From the NCBI GenBank assembly GCA_023380935.1, contig JAMCST010000009.1, positions 27,760-91,759 on the forward strand: a stretch of 64,000 nucleotides of DNA. Reading direction: 5' to 3'. The DNA is from Patescibacteria group bacterium (GTDB taxonomy: Bacteria > Patescibacteriota > Microgenomatia > UBA1406 > GWC2-37-13). This document shows positions 61,621-64,000 of the stretch, in pieces. The notes beneath the pieces are model-generated. The model saw only the letters and a program-made list of their open reading frames with translations. It had not been told where the DNA came from and searched no databases. Every line of letters begins with the position of its first letter. Position 1 is the stretch's first letter. The position numbers were made by a program, and so were the translations under genes.

Positions 61621-63303
61621 TCATCCCGATTGGAAGAAGTGTTTGGCCAGCGATTTTGAGGCGTTTTTCCAAAAAGTAAAGGAGAAAAAACTCACCCTGG
61701 TCTGGTTCGGATCAAAATCAAGCAAGTGCGCCAGCAGCTTCCAGGCCATGTAGAACAGATATTTGAAATCATGAAAACTGCGGATGCCCATGATTTTGCG
61801 CAGAATATAACGCGGCGTCATAAAGGCCGAGTATAGTTCCTGTTCCAGTTCGTATATCCTTTCTTTCGGGTAAGGGGTGGTCATGACCGGTTCCCGCATG
61901 TCATAGCGTTCGTAGTCTTCGGTCAGGAGCCAGCCTTTTTGCTTGCATTCCTTCCATAAGGGCGTGCCGGGATAAGGAATGGTGATGGTGGCCTGCATGG
62001 TGTTGAAATAACCCTTGTCAAAGCACGATTTGGCCAGGGCAATGGTGCGTTTGGCGTCGCGCAGCGACTCCCACGGATAGCCGAGCATGATGGTGGCGTG
62101 CGGTTCCAGACCGGCTTTGGCCGCCATCCGGCCGCCGTTGATGATGTCTTTCACCTTGATGCCTTTATCCAGTTTGTCCAGGGTTTTTTGGTTCCCCGAC
62201 TCCATTCCGTAGAGGATGAAGCGGAAATGGGCTTTTTTCATCAGGTAATACAAATCCTGCTTGATGGCGTTGAAACGCATGTTGCATCCGTAGACGACTT
62301 TTTTGTTGTAGCCGCTTTCGATCATCAGTTCGCAAAAACGCTTCATTTTGTTGCCGGCGAACATCGTGCCGGCATCGTCGAAAATCTCCTTGACGCCATA
62401 GCGGTCAACCACGTATTTGACCTCGGCAAACAGCCGCTCCGGCGAAAAGCTGCGGTAAGAACCAAGCGGGTTAATCGTATGGTCCCAGACGCAGAAAGTG
62501 CAGCGGTTCCACCAGCAGTCGCGGCCGCTGTACATATAGGTGCCGGGCGTGTACTTATAGTTGCCGTTTTCGTAAGCGTACAATTTCCATTTGGTCAGGT
62601 CGCGGTCGATAAACGGTAAGGAGTCAAGATTGTGTCTTAGTGACGCCGGACCGGAATTAAATATGTCGCTTGACGCCGTTTTTCTCGACCGCCTCACCCC
62701 TAGAGGGGCCCCAGGCGATTGTCTCGAAAAAGATGTCTGCGCTTTTCCTATTTTATTGTCGTTACCGCGCCAGTATACTCCCCCTTCCAGTTTTTCGCCT
62801 TGGTAAATGTGGTTTAACAAATTGAGCAATACAAAGTCATAGTCGCCGCCGGCGATGATGTAATCGACTTTGCAGTTGGCAAACGACTCCAGCGGCAGAT
62901 AAGTAACATGGTCGCCCACCAATATTATCTTCAGTTTGGGCAATAGCCGCTTCAGGAGGTTGATTTCTTTCCAGTGGGTTTTCAGCACCGGCGCTTTGGT
63001 TTCCAGCAAAAGGTAGTCGGGCCTGGTGCGTTTTAACTGTTTGAGCCATTGATCATGGGTTTGTTTTTCGGCGATGCCGTCCATCCAGTAAACCCGGTAA
63101 TGGTTCTTTTTCAACAGCGTCGCCGCAGAGGCAGGGACCATCGGGTAGATATAGGTGGGAGAATTAAAATACTGGAACTGACGGTTTTGGGAAAGGAGCG
63201 GCACCCCTTTTTTGGATTCGATCGGCGGGTAACCGATGACGATTTTTATCTGATTGGGTTTTTTCATAGGCCTTAGCTTACCAGATTTTTTTGCCTTGAC
63301 CAC
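61621..63303 (-). CDS. B12-binding-domain radical SAM enzyme
   Basis: The N terminus is cobalamin-binding-like (IKIVIGYPP...YLLLETKAP...IILVGDHVT). The Cys cluster DCWWNRCTFC lies at 62491-62517. The radical SAM core includes YGMESGN. The listed start is a GTG (63303). The ATG at 63267, preceded by AAGG, is a plausible alternative. Confidence 0.82.
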   Translation of the reverse strand: MVKAKKSGKLRPMKKPNQIKIVIGYPPIESKKGVPLLSQNRQFQYFNSPTYIYPMVPASAATLLKKNHYRVYWMDGIAEKQTHDQWLKQLKRTRPDYLLLETKAPVLKTHWKEINLLKRLLPKLKIILVGDHVTYLPLESFANCKVDYIIAGGDYDFVLLNLLNHIYQGEKLEGGVYWRGNDNKIGKAQTSFSRQSPGAPLGVRRSRKTASSDIFNSGPASLRHNLDSLPFIDRDLTKWKLYAYENGNYKYTPGTYMYSGRDCWWNRCTFCVWDHTINPLGSYRSFSPERLFAEVKYVVDRYGVKEIFDDAGTMFAGNKMKRFCELMIESGYNKKVVYGCNMRFNAIKQDLYYLMKKAHFRFILYGMESGNQKTLDKLDKGIKVKDIINGGRMAAKAGLEPHATIMLGYPWESLRDAKRTIALAKSCFDKGYFNTMQATITIPYPGTPLWKECKQKGWLLTEDYERYDMREPVMTTPYPKERIYELEQELYSAFMTPRYILRKIMGIRSFHDFKYLFYMAWKLLAHLLDFDPNQTRVSFFSFTFWKNASKSLAKHFFQSG

Positions 63304-63307
63304 CGAA

Positions 63308-64000
63308 CTATACTAAGTTATAAATATTTTTCTTTTTTGTCAACCCGAAAAAGACACCTTTGATAAACAGTGCGCCGTAAGTTAGATGGGTTAAGAGTGC
63401 GATCGGAAGAAACAATAAGGGCGCGTCGATTGTTTTCGTCTGCATCATGGACCTAATCGTCAGAGCCAACCCGGTTAACCCATACAGCCCGATGGGGAGA
63501 AACAAAACGTAGACCATCACCGATTTTTTGACGAGCACAGGCGACCAATGAAGGGTCAAGGAGAGAAAAGACAAAAATACCAGCATTAAATATAAAACGA
63601 AAAAAGTAGGCAACCAGTAAGTCAGGCGCCGTGAATTCTTGTCGCCGTGGGCGAAAAACGCCCCGCGGTGAAAGCCGTAACCGCCGTGTTGTTTCAGATA
63701 GTCGCCCAGGTTATCTCTGCGGTGATGGTAGACGACGACGTCGGGATGATAAAGGATTTCTCCCCCCTTTTTATAAACGAGATCCTCGCACAGTTTGCTG
63801 TCTTCTCCCGGCCAATATTGGTTATTAAATCCGCCCAGCGCCTCAAACACTCCTTTTTTGATCAGGAAGTTCATCGAGGGATAATCGTCGACCAGGCGCC
63901 GTTTGCCTTTGGCAAACCGGTAGCGGTATCCCCCGCTGCCGAACGGACTCTGCAAAATCAGATCAAACGCCTTTTCCCAAAAACCGGCGCGCGCCGGGAT
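63308..64000 (-). CDS. Glycosyltransferase family 2 with C-terminal TM helices (5' end outside window)
   Basis: The frame stays open to nt 64000, so the listed TTG at 63955 is internal. WPGEDSKLCEDL and VVYHHRRD are typical of the GT2 C-terminal region, and 3-4 TM helices follow. Confidence 0.75.
   Translation of the reverse strand: MPARAGFWEKAFDLILQSPFGSGGYRYRFAKGKRRLVDDYPSMNFLIKKGVFEALGGFNNQYWPGEDSKLCEDLVYKKGGEILYHPDVVVYHHRRDNLGDYLKQHGGYGFHRGAFFAHGDKNSRRLTYWLPTFFVLYLMLVFLSFLSLTLHWSPVLVKKSVMVYVLFLPIGLYGLTGLALTIRSMMQTKTIDAPLLFLPIALLTHLTYGALFIKGVFFGLTKKKNIYNLV

Noticed and set aside
1-64000. CRISPR arrays, rRNA genes, complete tRNA genes, prophage structural modules
   Set aside because: No regularly spaced short repeats, no rRNA-like conserved stretches and no complete cloverleaf were found by eye. 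Only two partial tRNA-like 3' fragments are present. A dedicated scan (tRNAscan-SE, Infernal, CRISPR finders) would be needed to exclude small RNA genes fully.

Overview
Gene-dense bacterial window with a mosaic base composition. No rRNA gene, complete tRNA or CRISPR array was seen. The lineage cannot be established from the sequence. The many PMT_2/ArnT-like GT-C enzymes, the split transketolase and the zinc-ribbon membrane proteins are reminiscent of small-genome uncultivated bacteria, but that is only an impression.

Layout:
- (i) 1-2.7 kb: the 3' part of a MacB-type ABC ATPase-permease fusion.
- (ii) 2.7-7.3 kb: a visibly AT-richer accessory islet. It holds an IS200-like tnpA element with subterminal hairpins, an AAA_14/DUF4143 ATPase, a Fic gene bracketed by about 52-bp direct repeats, a SAM methyltransferase and two tRNA 3'-end-like fragments.
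- (iii) 7.5-19.1 kb: mixed genes. These are two tandem zinc-ribbon membrane proteins (one with a vWA domain), a pyrophosphatase-like protein, an 808-aa orphan, a truncated cyclase relic, a frameshifted cupin, and a greA-zur-znuA-znuC-znuB string with a candidate Zur operator.
- (iv) 19.2-20.1 kb: an AT-rich islet with a small ORF translationally coupled to a RusA-like resolvase.
- (v) 20.2-24.5 kb: three ATP-grasp ligase modules in two overlapping genes, followed by an orphan gene.
- (vi) 24.5-64 kb: a very large envelope-glycan locus, almost entirely on the minus strand from 30 kb onward.

The glycan locus contains two MOP-type flippases and seven GT-C-type membrane glycosyltransferases, including a tandem triplication in which one copy is fused to a GT2 domain. 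It also has several GT2/GT4 enzymes, gmd, an fcl/colC-like gene and a ColD/RfbH-like 3-dehydratase. Further genes are an E1 alpha/beta pair, a split transketolase, an SDR, two methyltransferases, an EEP-family enzyme, an AsnB amidotransferase and a B12-binding radical SAM enzyme. A HigB/HigA-like toxin-antitoxin pair is embedded in the locus.

The most interesting candidates for undescribed biology are:
- the TPP-enzyme, 3-dehydratase and radical-SAM sugar-tailoring block;
- the triplicated GT-C family with a shared C-terminal module and a GT2 fusion;
- the three-module ATP-grasp cassette.
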